A DNA stretch of 64,000 nucleotides, taken from contig OZ245033.1 in assembly GCA_965224025.1 (NCBI GenBank), forward strand, positions 1,632,001 through 1,696,000, in the 5' to 3' direction. Positions 8,407-16,839 of this stretch are shown piece after piece; the first letter of the stretch is position 1, and each line of letters starts with the position of its first letter. The notes beneath the pieces were generated by a model. The model was not told the origin of the DNA and did no database searches. It saw nothing but the letters and a program-made list of their open reading frames with translations. Source of the stretch: Candidatus Multivorans sp. (lineage in GTDB: Bacteria > Acidobacteriota > Thermoanaerobaculia > Multivoradales > Multivoraceae). A program made the position numbers and the translations under genes.

Positions 8407-10359
8407 TCAGAAGTCGAACGCGATGCCCGCGTTCAGGTAGAGCGGACTCCGACCCAGTGACAACTCAGGCGCCTCTGCGCCGTCCGCGCCACTGATCGTA
8501 GCCGCCCCGGCCTCCATGGTCGAGTCCAACCACATCGCGCCCAGGTACACGCCGACCGGGCAGTCCTTCCAGAACGGGATCTTCATTCCCACGTTCGCGC
8601 CCAGGACGGTCTCCCCGCGCCACCCCGGCTGGTATCTCGCGTCGAGAGGCATTCCCTTCATCTCCACCGCGCTCAGAGACGGCGAGCTGTAGTCGAAGCG
8701 GCCGACCATCGGGCCAACCCAGAAATCGACCCGGCTGCCGGGCCGCGTCAGGTGGAAGTTCAGACCCGCGTACAGGAGGTTCGTGTCCACGTCGGCGTCG
8801 TCGTGACCCCAGAGGTCGCGCACGTCGTACTCCCAGAACGTCTCGCAGCGGCCGAAGTTGGCGCCGAACATCAGGCCGAGCCGGTAGTTCAGCTTGTACT
8901 CGGCCCCCACACCGAAGCCGACGCCGGCCTGGCAGGCCTTGACCTTCTGGCGGGCCGTTCCGCCGAGCACGTCGAACTGCCCGTCCTCGCCGCTGATGTC
9001 GTTCATCGCCGTAAGCAGAGTCCAGCGCTTGTCCACCTTGATCGAGGCGGAACTCTCGGTGCTTCCGCCCGCGTTCTCGACCCTGGCGGTATGCGTGAAG
9101 ACGCCGTCATCCTTGTGGACGACCTCTCTCGCGTAGGGAGCTTCGAGCGGCTCGCCGTCCAGAGTGACCGTCACCGGCGCGCCGTTGCCGTTGTTCGGCG
9201 CCACCGTGACAACGGCAGGCTGACGAACCAGCACGCGGTCCGGCGCGATCGAGGTCGTGCTCGTCGGCGCCACCTTCATCCCGGCCGAGCACCGGGCGCT
9301 CTGGCCGGTGTTCGTTTCGACCGTCACCATGTGCGTGAAGGCATCCGCACCCTCGTGCGTCATCTCTTTCGTGTACGGAGAGGCGAGCGGCTCACCGTCG
9401 ACGGTGACGCGGGTCACCTGGGCCCCATGCCCGGCGTTGGGAACAACCGTCAGAACAGACGACTGCCCCAGTTCGACCGCCTCCGGCGCGGCGGCAACAT
9501 TGCAACTCGGGCAGCCGACCGCGATCGCCTTGCTCAACGAGTCCTCGAGCGTGTCGCCGCGCGACGACATCGCGGTGCACGTCGCGGTGACCGTGTAGTC
9601 GCCCTGGGTCATGAAGGGGAAGGTTGCGTCGCCCGAGCCCACGGCCATTTCGCTGCCGTCCGGCAGCTTGACGGTCACCGAAGCGGCGCCGTCGGTGCAC
9701 GAACTCTGGAAGTCGAAGGTTTTGTCCGTGCAGGAGAGGCCTCCGATGTCGAGGTCGAGCGTGACCTTGGGCAGCGGCTGTTCCGCCAGGAGCGCCAGGT
9801 TGCCGCACGACTCGGGCACGATCATCGAGTACCAGTTCCCGTTCGAGTTGAAGCGGATCTCCCAGGCCGGGAACGCTTCGTTGCCGGCCCAGCACAGATT
9901 CGTGCCAACCCGCGGGGTTGTGCCGCGATAGCGGAAGAACATCCAGGGGATTCGCTGACCAGGCTCGAAGGCGCTCGACGTGATCCCCTGCCAGGCGGAG
10001 ACGGCCGCGAACAGATCGTCCGCCTCGCCCGACCAATTCGCTTCGCCGAGCATTGTGACAATCTCATCCCGATAGTCCACGAACAGGGCCTGGAGCGCCG
10101 CCTGGTCTTCCACCGGCGGCGAGAAGCGGTTGGCGCCCCCGAGGCGAGTGATCGACAGCGCGCCCTCACACTGCTGGGCAGTGACGGGCACGGCCGTCAG
10201 GCTCAGGCCTCCAACGAGGAGCAGAATCGGGATAAGCCGCACCGAAGTGCCACCCGAGCGCCCGATGACGGGCGCTCGGAACAAGTCACGGGTGACGCAA
10301 GATCGCGCCACCCGGGTTCGGGCGGCGGCGCAACAACCGAGCCAACGGCACTGGGACAT
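8407..10359 (-). CDS. Outer-membrane protein: Cys-containing N-domain, tandem Ig/PKD-like repeats, C-terminal OmpW-like beta-barrel
   Basis: AAGGAG SD before ATG 10359; hydrophobic signal; two internal repeats; alternating beta-strands ending YLNAGIAFDF. Confidence 0.75.
   Translation of the reverse strand: MSQCRWLGCCAAARTRVARSCVTRDLFRAPVIGRSGGTSVRLIPILLLVGGLSLTAVPVTAQQCEGALSITRLGGANRFSPPVEDQAALQALFVDYRDEIVTMLGEANWSGEADDLFAAVSAWQGITSSAFEPGQRIPWMFFRYRGTTPRVGTNLCWAGNEAFPAWEIRFNSNGNWYSMIVPESCGNLALLAEQPLPKVTLDLDIGGLSCTDKTFDFQSSCTDGAASVTVKLPDGSEMAVGSGDATFPFMTQGDYTVTATCTAMSSRGDTLEDSLSKAIAVGCPSCNVAAAPEAVELGQSSVLTVVPNAGHGAQVTRVTVDGEPLASPYTKEMTHEGADAFTHMVTVETNTGQSARCSAGMKVAPTSTTSIAPDRVLVRQPAVVTVAPNNGNGAPVTVTLDGEPLEAPYAREVVHKDDGVFTHTARVENAGGSTESSASIKVDKRWTLLTAMNDISGEDGQFDVLGGTARQKVKACQAGVGFGVGAEYKLNYRLGLMFGANFGRCETFWEYDVRDLWGHDDADVDTNLLYAGLNFHLTRPGSRVDFWVGPMVGRFDYSSPSLSAVEMKGMPLDARYQPGWRGETVLGANVGMKIPFWKDCPVGVYLGAMWLDSTMEAGAATISGADGAEAPELSLGRSPLYLNAGIAFDF
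10247..10319. repeat. Double-hairpin interspersed repeat, copy B (inside 5' end of OMP gene)
   Basis: Near-identical to 2280-2352. Confidence 0.85.
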
Positions 10360-10510
10360 GGCTTCGTCTCCTTGGGTTTCCCAGCCGCAGTCCGCGTGAC
10401 CGAGCGGGCCGGAGCGGCGTATATCTAATCATGTCAACACTTAGCCGCGTTGACAAATGCCGGCGACCGGCCGTGGCGCATCCCTGAACGGCGCCAGCAG
10501 GTACAGCGCT

Positions 10511-12013
10511 ATGATACCCGACCGATCGGCCCTCCCCGACACCACAACGGAAGCCGCGATTGCGGTGCGCGAAGGCGAGAAACGAGTGCATGAGACCCTC
10601 GAAGACCGGCCCCTCGGCAGCAGTGAACGACCGCTTCGGGTCGCCGTGATCGGCTCCGGGCCGAGCGGCTTCTACGCCATCGCCGCGCTGTTCAAGGCGG
10701 ACGGCATGGAAGCCGATGTCGACCTGTTCGACCGCCTGCCGACCCCCTTCGGCCTGGTGCGCGGCGGAGTCGCCCCCGATCACCAGAAAATCAAGAACGT
10801 GATTCGGGTCTACAACCGCACCGCACAGCATGAGCGTTTCCGCTTCTTCGGCAACGTGGAACTCGGCCGCGATATTTCGGTCGACGATCTTCGCCGGCAC
10901 TACGACCACATCGTCTACGCCACCGGCAACGAATCGGACCGCAAGATGGGGATCCCGGGTGAAGATCTTCCGGGCGTCCACTCGGCCACCGAGTTCGTCG
11001 GCTGGTACAACGGACATCCCGACTTCCAGGATCGCAGCTTCGATCTCGCTTCGGCGCGGCGCATCGCGGTGGTCGGCAACGGCAACGTGGCGATGGACGT
11101 GACTCGCGTCCTGGTGCGCAACCCGGACGAACTCGCTCCCACCGACATCACCGCCGAGTCCCTCGCGGTGCTCCGTCAGAGCGCGGTCGAGGAGGTCGTT
11201 CTGCTCGGCCGCCGAGGACCGGCCCAGGCGGCGTTTTCGCCCCAGGAGATCAAGGAGATCGGTTCGCTCGAGGGCGTGAGCCTGCTGGTGTCGGAAGAGG
11301 CGATGGACCTCGACGAGCTCAGCCGGAGCTGGCTGGAGGAGGGCGCGGCGCGCAGCGCCCAGAGAAACGTCGCCTATCTGACCGAAGTCGCCGGCGCCGA
11401 AGCCGGGGCCGGCGACCGCCTCGTCACCTGCCGATTCCTGGTCTCCCCGATCGACCTTCAGGCCGGCGACGACGGCCGCGTGGCTCGGGTCGTGATCGAG
11501 AAGAACGAGCTCTACGCCTCCGACGACGGCACACCGAGACCACGAGGCACCGGCGAAACCGAAACCCTGGACGTCGACCTGGTGTTCAAGGCGGTCGGCT
11601 ATCGCGGCGTGCCCCTGCCGGGCGTTCCCTTCCAGGAACGCTGGGGCATCCTGCCCAACGACGAGGGCCGGCTGCAGACCGAGCAGGACGGCGAGGTGGT
11701 TCCGGGCCAGTACGTCGTCGGCTGGGCCAAGCGCGGCCCGACCGGCCTCATCGGTACGAACAGCCCCGATTCGACGGCCACGGTCAAGAAGATGCTCGAG
11801 GACATCGACGGTGTCTCGGCGCCCGCCAACCCCGCCAAGGCGCCCGAGAAGATCGTCGAGCTGCTTCGCGAACGCGGCGTCGACTTCGTGACCTTCAACG
11901 ACTGGACCCGACTCGACGAAGACGAAGTCGATCTCGGCGAGGCGCAGAACAAGGTCCGCGAGAAGTACACCAACGTCGAATCAATGATGGCGGCAGTGAA
12001 CCGCCTGCGGTAG
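10511..12013 (+). CDS. Ferredoxin/adrenodoxin-type NADPH reductase (FprA-like)
   Basis: VAVIGSGPSG, PFGLVRGGVAPDH, VGNGNVAMD, GWAKRGPTGLIG; start uncertain (10457/10511/10586). Confidence 0.9.
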   Translation: MIPDRSALPDTTTEAAIAVREGEKRVHETLEDRPLGSSERPLRVAVIGSGPSGFYAIAALFKADGMEADVDLFDRLPTPFGLVRGGVAPDHQKIKNVIRVYNRTAQHERFRFFGNVELGRDISVDDLRRHYDHIVYATGNESDRKMGIPGEDLPGVHSATEFVGWYNGHPDFQDRSFDLASARRIAVVGNGNVAMDVTRVLVRNPDELAPTDITAESLAVLRQSAVEEVVLLGRRGPAQAAFSPQEIKEIGSLEGVSLLVSEEAMDLDELSRSWLEEGAARSAQRNVAYLTEVAGAEAGAGDRLVTCRFLVSPIDLQAGDDGRVARVVIEKNELYASDDGTPRPRGTGETETLDVDLVFKAVGYRGVPLPGVPFQERWGILPNDEGRLQTEQDGEVVPGQYVVGWAKRGPTGLIGTNSPDSTATVKKMLEDIDGVSAPANPAKAPEKIVELLRERGVDFVTFNDWTRLDEDEVDLGEAQNKVREKYTNVESMMAAVNRLR

Positions 12014-12058
12014 TACCGGCACCCTGCGCGATGAAGTCGGTAGCCCCCCTTCTTCACT

Positions 12059-14519
12059 TTGCCCGATCCTGAACTGAAAGCCGGCGTACGCTGTCGACTC
12101 AAGCACGACCCCGGTCGCATCGGGGTCCTGACGGGCAGATCGCGCTCATCTGGAGCGTTCACCAAGCTGCAGATCCAGTTCCCGGAAGGCGCACAGTTTG
12201 TGCCAGAGGACCAACTCGAAGCGATGCCGGCCGAAGAAGACGCCCTGGATCTTCTGGAGCGCGGTCGCCTCGGCGACGAACTCGATCTTCGACTCACTCT
12301 CGCCCACGCACGCCTTACGGGGAGACTGGCCGACGTCATCTACAGCATGGACGTCACCGGAACGGACTTCTACGCCCACCAGTTCAAGCCCGTTGTCCGA
12401 CTGCTGAACTCCGTGGCGCGCGGCATCCTGATCGCGGACGAGGTCGGGCTCGGGAAGACCATCGAGGCGGGTTTACTCTGGACCGAGCTTCGCACGAGAT
12501 ACGACTTTCGACGCTTGCTCGTCCTGTGTCCCGCGGTGTTACGCGAGAAGTGGCAGCGCGAACTGAAGAACCGCTTCGGCGTCGACGCGGAGATTCTCGA
12601 CGCGAGGGGAACACTGAGCAGGCTCCGCCAGGCAGCGAACGATGAGACTCCAAGCTTCGCGATCATCGCCAGCCTGCAAGGCCTCCGACCCAGGAAGAGA
12701 TGGCGAGAGACCACCGACGGCGGAGCGGCATCCGAACTGGCGCGGTTCCTGGTCGATCGGGAACAGGCCGACCCGTTGATCGACATGTGTGTCGTGGACG
12801 AGGCCCACCACCTCCGCAACCGGGAGACGACGACCTCTCAGCTCGCCCGGCTGGCCAGGACCGTCTCCGACTACATCGTCCTGCTGACAGCGACGCCGAT
12901 TCACCTCCGCAGCAACGATCTCCACGAGCTTCTCCGCCTGGTGGACGAGGGCATGTTCGACCGGGGGCAGTCGTTTTCCGAGCTCCTCGAGGCCAACGCC
13001 CCACTCGTCAGGGCCCGCGAACTCGTGGTCGGCGGAGCGCCTTCGGAGGCAGGCTCGCTCTCCGAGCACCTGGAACTGGAACTACGGAACGCCGACCCGG
13101 CCAACGTCGCGCGAGTGGCCGAACGCCTCGACCGACTGAACCTGCTCGGCCACACCGTAACTCGCACGCGCCGCCGGGAAGTCCAGGAACACCGCCCCTC
13201 CCGAGATGTCAAGGCAGTTCAGGTCGAGCCGACACCGGCCGAAATGGAGTTCTACAGCAACGTCACCAGGCTGGTGCGTGACTACTGCATGGCGAGCGAC
13301 GTCAGCGCCGCCTTCCTCGAAGTTACCCCTCAGCGACAGATGTCCAGCTCCATGCCCGCTGCCCTTCGGCTCTGGCAGCAGGGTGCCGCCGGCGGGCACG
13401 AAGCGCTCGACGACTGGACCGAAGAGGAAGGTCCGCTGAAGTCGGAGCTGACCGCTCAGGCGCGGCAACTTGGTGACCTGGACGCACTATGGACCAGGGA
13501 CAGCAAGTACGAACGTCTCTCCGCAATCCTGTCGGACTGGTTCAACAACGAGCCCGAGTCGAAGGTCATCGTCTTCTCCTCCTACCTTGCCACCCTTGAC
13601 TACCTCGAGGAACGCCTGAAGCAACGGGGAATCCCGTGCATGGTCCTGCAGGGCTCGACGCCCGACAAGGACCAGGCCGTCGAGCGGTTCCGCACATCTC
13701 CCAGCGCGCACGTTCTCCTCTCGTCCGAGGTGGGCAGCGAAGGAATCGACCTGCAGTTCGCCGAGGTCGTCATCAACTACGACCTGCCCTGGAACCCGAT
13801 TGGAGCGGCGAGAGAGCTCCACCGCTCCATATCGGCGTCCGATCTGGTCAAGTACGTCACTGACTACTTGCGTGTGCACTATCGGGGCTCACTCTTTCGC
13901 CAGGTCCCCGGGCACGATCTGCTGTTCGACATCGATCTCTCGAACGAGGCCCGATTCGACCTCGCCAACTTCATTCGGCAGGAGAAACTGGACGGAGACT
14001 CACGGCTGACACGGAGTTCGCTTCGCGAGGTGAGGCGACGCCGAGCTTCTCATCGGGACGGCCTCAAGCGAAGGAGCCGCCTGGCTGAGCGCACAGGGAG
14101 CAGTCGATACCCGCATCCTGACCGAGCAGGTCGAACAAGGCTGCGTCGAGCCCTCGGAGAGAGCCTTTGACGCCTACGTCGAAGAGCTCGAGGCCGAGAA
14201 TGAAGACCGCGCCGACATGCTCCAGCGGATGGCGGAGCGCAGGTTCGGGACCCAAAGGCAACGGTTGGAGCAGCAACTGCGGATCTTCGAGACGACCGGT
14301 CCAGCCCGGCTGGTCCCTCCGACCAAGGGCCGTCTCCGCGCTCTCGAAGCGAGGGCCGACTTCCGGCGGCGCGAAATCGAGAGAGACCGTGACCCGTGCC
14401 GGAGAACTCGTTCGAGCCCGACTTACTTCCGGCGGCGCGAAATCGAGAGAGACCGTGACCTAAAGCACGGTCCCGCCGAAACGGTGTGCGTGGGGTTGAT
14501 TCGAGTGGAGCCGGGTTGA
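12059..14519 (+). pseudogene. SNF2/RapA-like helicase, eroded (motif VI deleted, frameshift near 14030, 66-bp insertion)
   Basis: ADEVGLGKT, DEAHH, LLTATP, GSEGIDLQF, NYDLPWNP directly followed by IGAARE with no QRIGR; C-terminus continues in another frame (..ENEDRADMLQ..CVGLIRVEPG* at 14519). Confidence 0.8.
14359..14460. repeat. Exact 36-bp direct repeat flanking a 30-bp insert
   Basis: ACTTCCGGCGGCGCGAAATCGAGAGAGACCGTGACC at 14359-14394 and 14425-14460. Confidence 0.95.
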
Positions 14520-14537
14520 GGAGGGCGATACAACACG

Positions 14538-16133
14538 ATGGCAATTGGGAAGCTCAGGGACATCATTCGACGGCTGCTGCGTCCTGGCCGGAGGAGGCCT
14601 GCCGGGTCGGCGGTGCTCCGGGAGGAGGCCGGGCCGCCACCTGCCGACCCTTCGCCAACGGCAGAGGCACCGGCCGAAGCGGCCTTGAAGGCCGGTGCCG
14701 ACACGGAAAGAACGGACTCGGCCCTGCACTGGGACCCACCCCGGAACTCGGCCGGCGCAGCATGCACGCAGTTCAGAAACACCGGGCTCCGGGAGAAAGT
14801 GGATCTGTTGATCGGGCTGGACTTCGGCACGTCAAGCGCCAAGGTGGCCATTCGAAGCCCCTACTTCGGACGTGGGACCGTCACCGCCGTGACGTGGCCC
14901 GATGGCAGCGGACAACGCTCCTTCCTCCTGCCGACCAACCTGTCGGAGTCGGCACCGGGCTGCCGCCTCACTGCCGATGCCAAGCCAAGTCCCTCGGATC
15001 GCAGCCTCAAGGTCGACCTCATGGAAGACCCGGACTCGGTCGAGGCCCGCGCCATGGCCGCCTGCTATCTCGCGTGGGTTCTGCGCACATCCCGCTGCCA
15101 CGTCCTGAATTCCGAGCAGAAAATCTATGGCAGCTACTCCCTGCGATGGACCCTGAACCTAGGGATTCCCTCGGCAGGCTATGACGACGAGCAGATCAGG
15201 AAGGGCTTCTTGATCGCCGGAAAGGCCGCTTGGGCCCTATCCGTCGAAGACCGGCCGCCGACCAGATCGGAAGCAATCGCGGCGGTCAATCAACTGCGCG
15301 CGCCCGACTTCGATCCAAAGCCCCTTCTGAACCTGATCGGAGTCGAGGTTGTCCCGGAGATCGTAGCGGAGGCAGCGACGTACGCTCAGTCCTACGAGCG
15401 ACGGAACGGCCTGCACTTCCTGGTCGACGTCGGCGCCTCAACCAGCGATTCGCGCGGCTTCGTCCTCCATGAGCGCGAAGGCGAAGACCGCTGGGAACTC
15501 CTGAATGCACTCGTCGAACCTCTGGGCGCACTTCACCTTCACCTCAATCGCCTGGAGACTCTCGCCGATGCCGGATTCGCGATCGACCCGGAAGTTCCTC
15601 CCCGCGACGCAGGTCCTTTCGACCAGATACCTGACCGCGTCGACCGCTACCTGGCGGATCGAAGCGCATCCCCACCGGAGGATGCTCTCGCCGTCGACCG
15701 TGGCTATCGCGAACAGGTCGCGATGGCCCTCAGAAAGGTCATCTGGGACCTCAAGAAGAACAGAGATCCGAATTCTCCCCACTGGGAGGAAGGCCTGCTG
15801 GTTTTCGTCACCGGCGGAGGAGGCAGACTGTCGATCCTGCGGGACGCCCTCAGAACGGCAGAGTCTCAGATTCGCAGCGCTTCCTGGAACGTCGGCGACT
15901 TCCGCTACATGGACAACGCCGCCAGCGATGGCAGATCGGGATCGACGCCGTCCGACGATCCTCTGGAAGAAGAAGGCCCCCCAGAAGCCGTGAAGGCACG
16001 ACTGGGAGTGGCCTACGGCCTTAGCCTCCCGGACGTGGGGTCGATTACCCCGCCAGCGCGGATAGGCGACGTAGAGCCGCCACCTCCCAAACCGCCACCG
16101 CCGCTTCCTGACTACTGGGGCGGGAAACACTGA
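14538..16133 (+). CDS. Actin/Hsp70-fold (ASKHA) ATPase-like protein
   Basis: Phosphate-1 IGLDFGTSS, connect VPEIVAEA, phosphate-2 LVDVGAST, adenosine FVTGGGG, C-terminal VAYGL; GAGGAGG SD. Confidence 0.75.
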   Translation: MAIGKLRDIIRRLLRPGRRRPAGSAVLREEAGPPPADPSPTAEAPAEAALKAGADTERTDSALHWDPPRNSAGAACTQFRNTGLREKVDLLIGLDFGTSSAKVAIRSPYFGRGTVTAVTWPDGSGQRSFLLPTNLSESAPGCRLTADAKPSPSDRSLKVDLMEDPDSVEARAMAACYLAWVLRTSRCHVLNSEQKIYGSYSLRWTLNLGIPSAGYDDEQIRKGFLIAGKAAWALSVEDRPPTRSEAIAAVNQLRAPDFDPKPLLNLIGVEVVPEIVAEAATYAQSYERRNGLHFLVDVGASTSDSRGFVLHEREGEDRWELLNALVEPLGALHLHLNRLETLADAGFAIDPEVPPRDAGPFDQIPDRVDRYLADRSASPPEDALAVDRGYREQVAMALRKVIWDLKKNRDPNSPHWEEGLLVFVTGGGGRLSILRDALRTAESQIRSASWNVGDFRYMDNAASDGRSGSTPSDDPLEEEGPPEAVKARLGVAYGLSLPDVGSITPPARIGDVEPPPPKPPPPLPDYWGGKH

Positions 16134-16222
16134 CGCTCTCAGCGTCCGGGCGCCTGTGGGCGCCGTCTGATCGCGGCCGCCATCGAGCAAGAGCAACGGA
16201 ACTGCCCGTCAAGGGCAGGTCC

Positions 16223-16528
16223 TCATCCCCTCGCGTGCAACCCCTCGCCTGCATCCAACGTTGGCAGCCGAGCGATCTCCGAGCCGTTTTCCCGTTCCGC
16301 AAGCCGTAGCTCGTAGAGCTTCTGCAGGTTGAGCCAGAACTCCCCAGACGTGCCGAAGAAACGTCCGAGCCGAAGAGCCGTGTCGCCGGTAACGGCGCGC
16401 CGACCGTTGAGGATCCCTGTGATGCGGCTCACTGGCACATCGATCCGCCGCGCCAGTTCCGCCGCGCTCATGCCGAGCGCGTCGAGATCCTCGCGCAGCG
16501 TCTCACCGGGATGAATGGGCTCGCGCAT
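16223..16528 (-). CDS. higA: HigA family antitoxin
   Basis: PIHPGETLREDL...TALRLGRFFGTSGEFWLNLQKLYEL. Confidence 0.93.
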   Translation of the reverse strand: MREPIHPGETLREDLDALGMSAAELARRIDVPVSRITGILNGRRAVTGDTALRLGRFFGTSGEFWLNLQKLYELRLAERENGSEIARLPTLDAGEGLHARG

Positions 16529-16542
16529 GTTGTGCCTCCGTC

Positions 16543-16824
16543 TCAATGGTAGTCCACGATTTCCACGTCCGTGGGACCGGAGCTTCCCGCCGGCCACCTG
16601 AAACAGACTCGCCATTGGTCGTTGATGCGGATGCTCCACTGTCCTTTGCGGCGACCCTTGAGTGCCTTTAGACGGTTGCCCGGCCTGGCCAGGTCGCCCA
16701 GGCTTGCGGCCGCGTCGAGCTGGTCGAGCTTTCGCGAGGCCGTCCGGGCGAAGCCCGAGAAAGCCGCGACCCGGCGCCCCCTGTAGAACGCCTCGGTGCG
16801 CTTGTCCGAGCAATCGACGATCAC
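16543..16824 (-). CDS. higB: HigB (RelE/ParE superfamily) toxin
   Basis: PGNRLKALKGRRKGQWSIRINDQWRVCF...VEIVDYH. Confidence 0.93.
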   Translation of the reverse strand: MIVDCSDKRTEAFYRGRRVAAFSGFARTASRKLDQLDAAASLGDLARPGNRLKALKGRRKGQWSIRINDQWRVCFRWPAGSSGPTDVEIVDYH

Positions 16825-16839
16825 GTCGTGGCAGCCGCG

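Noticed and set aside
14359-14460. CRISPR array call for the 36-30-36 structure
   Set aside because: Only two repeats, the repeat is helicase coding sequence, and there is no leader or cas gene; kept only as a duplication finding
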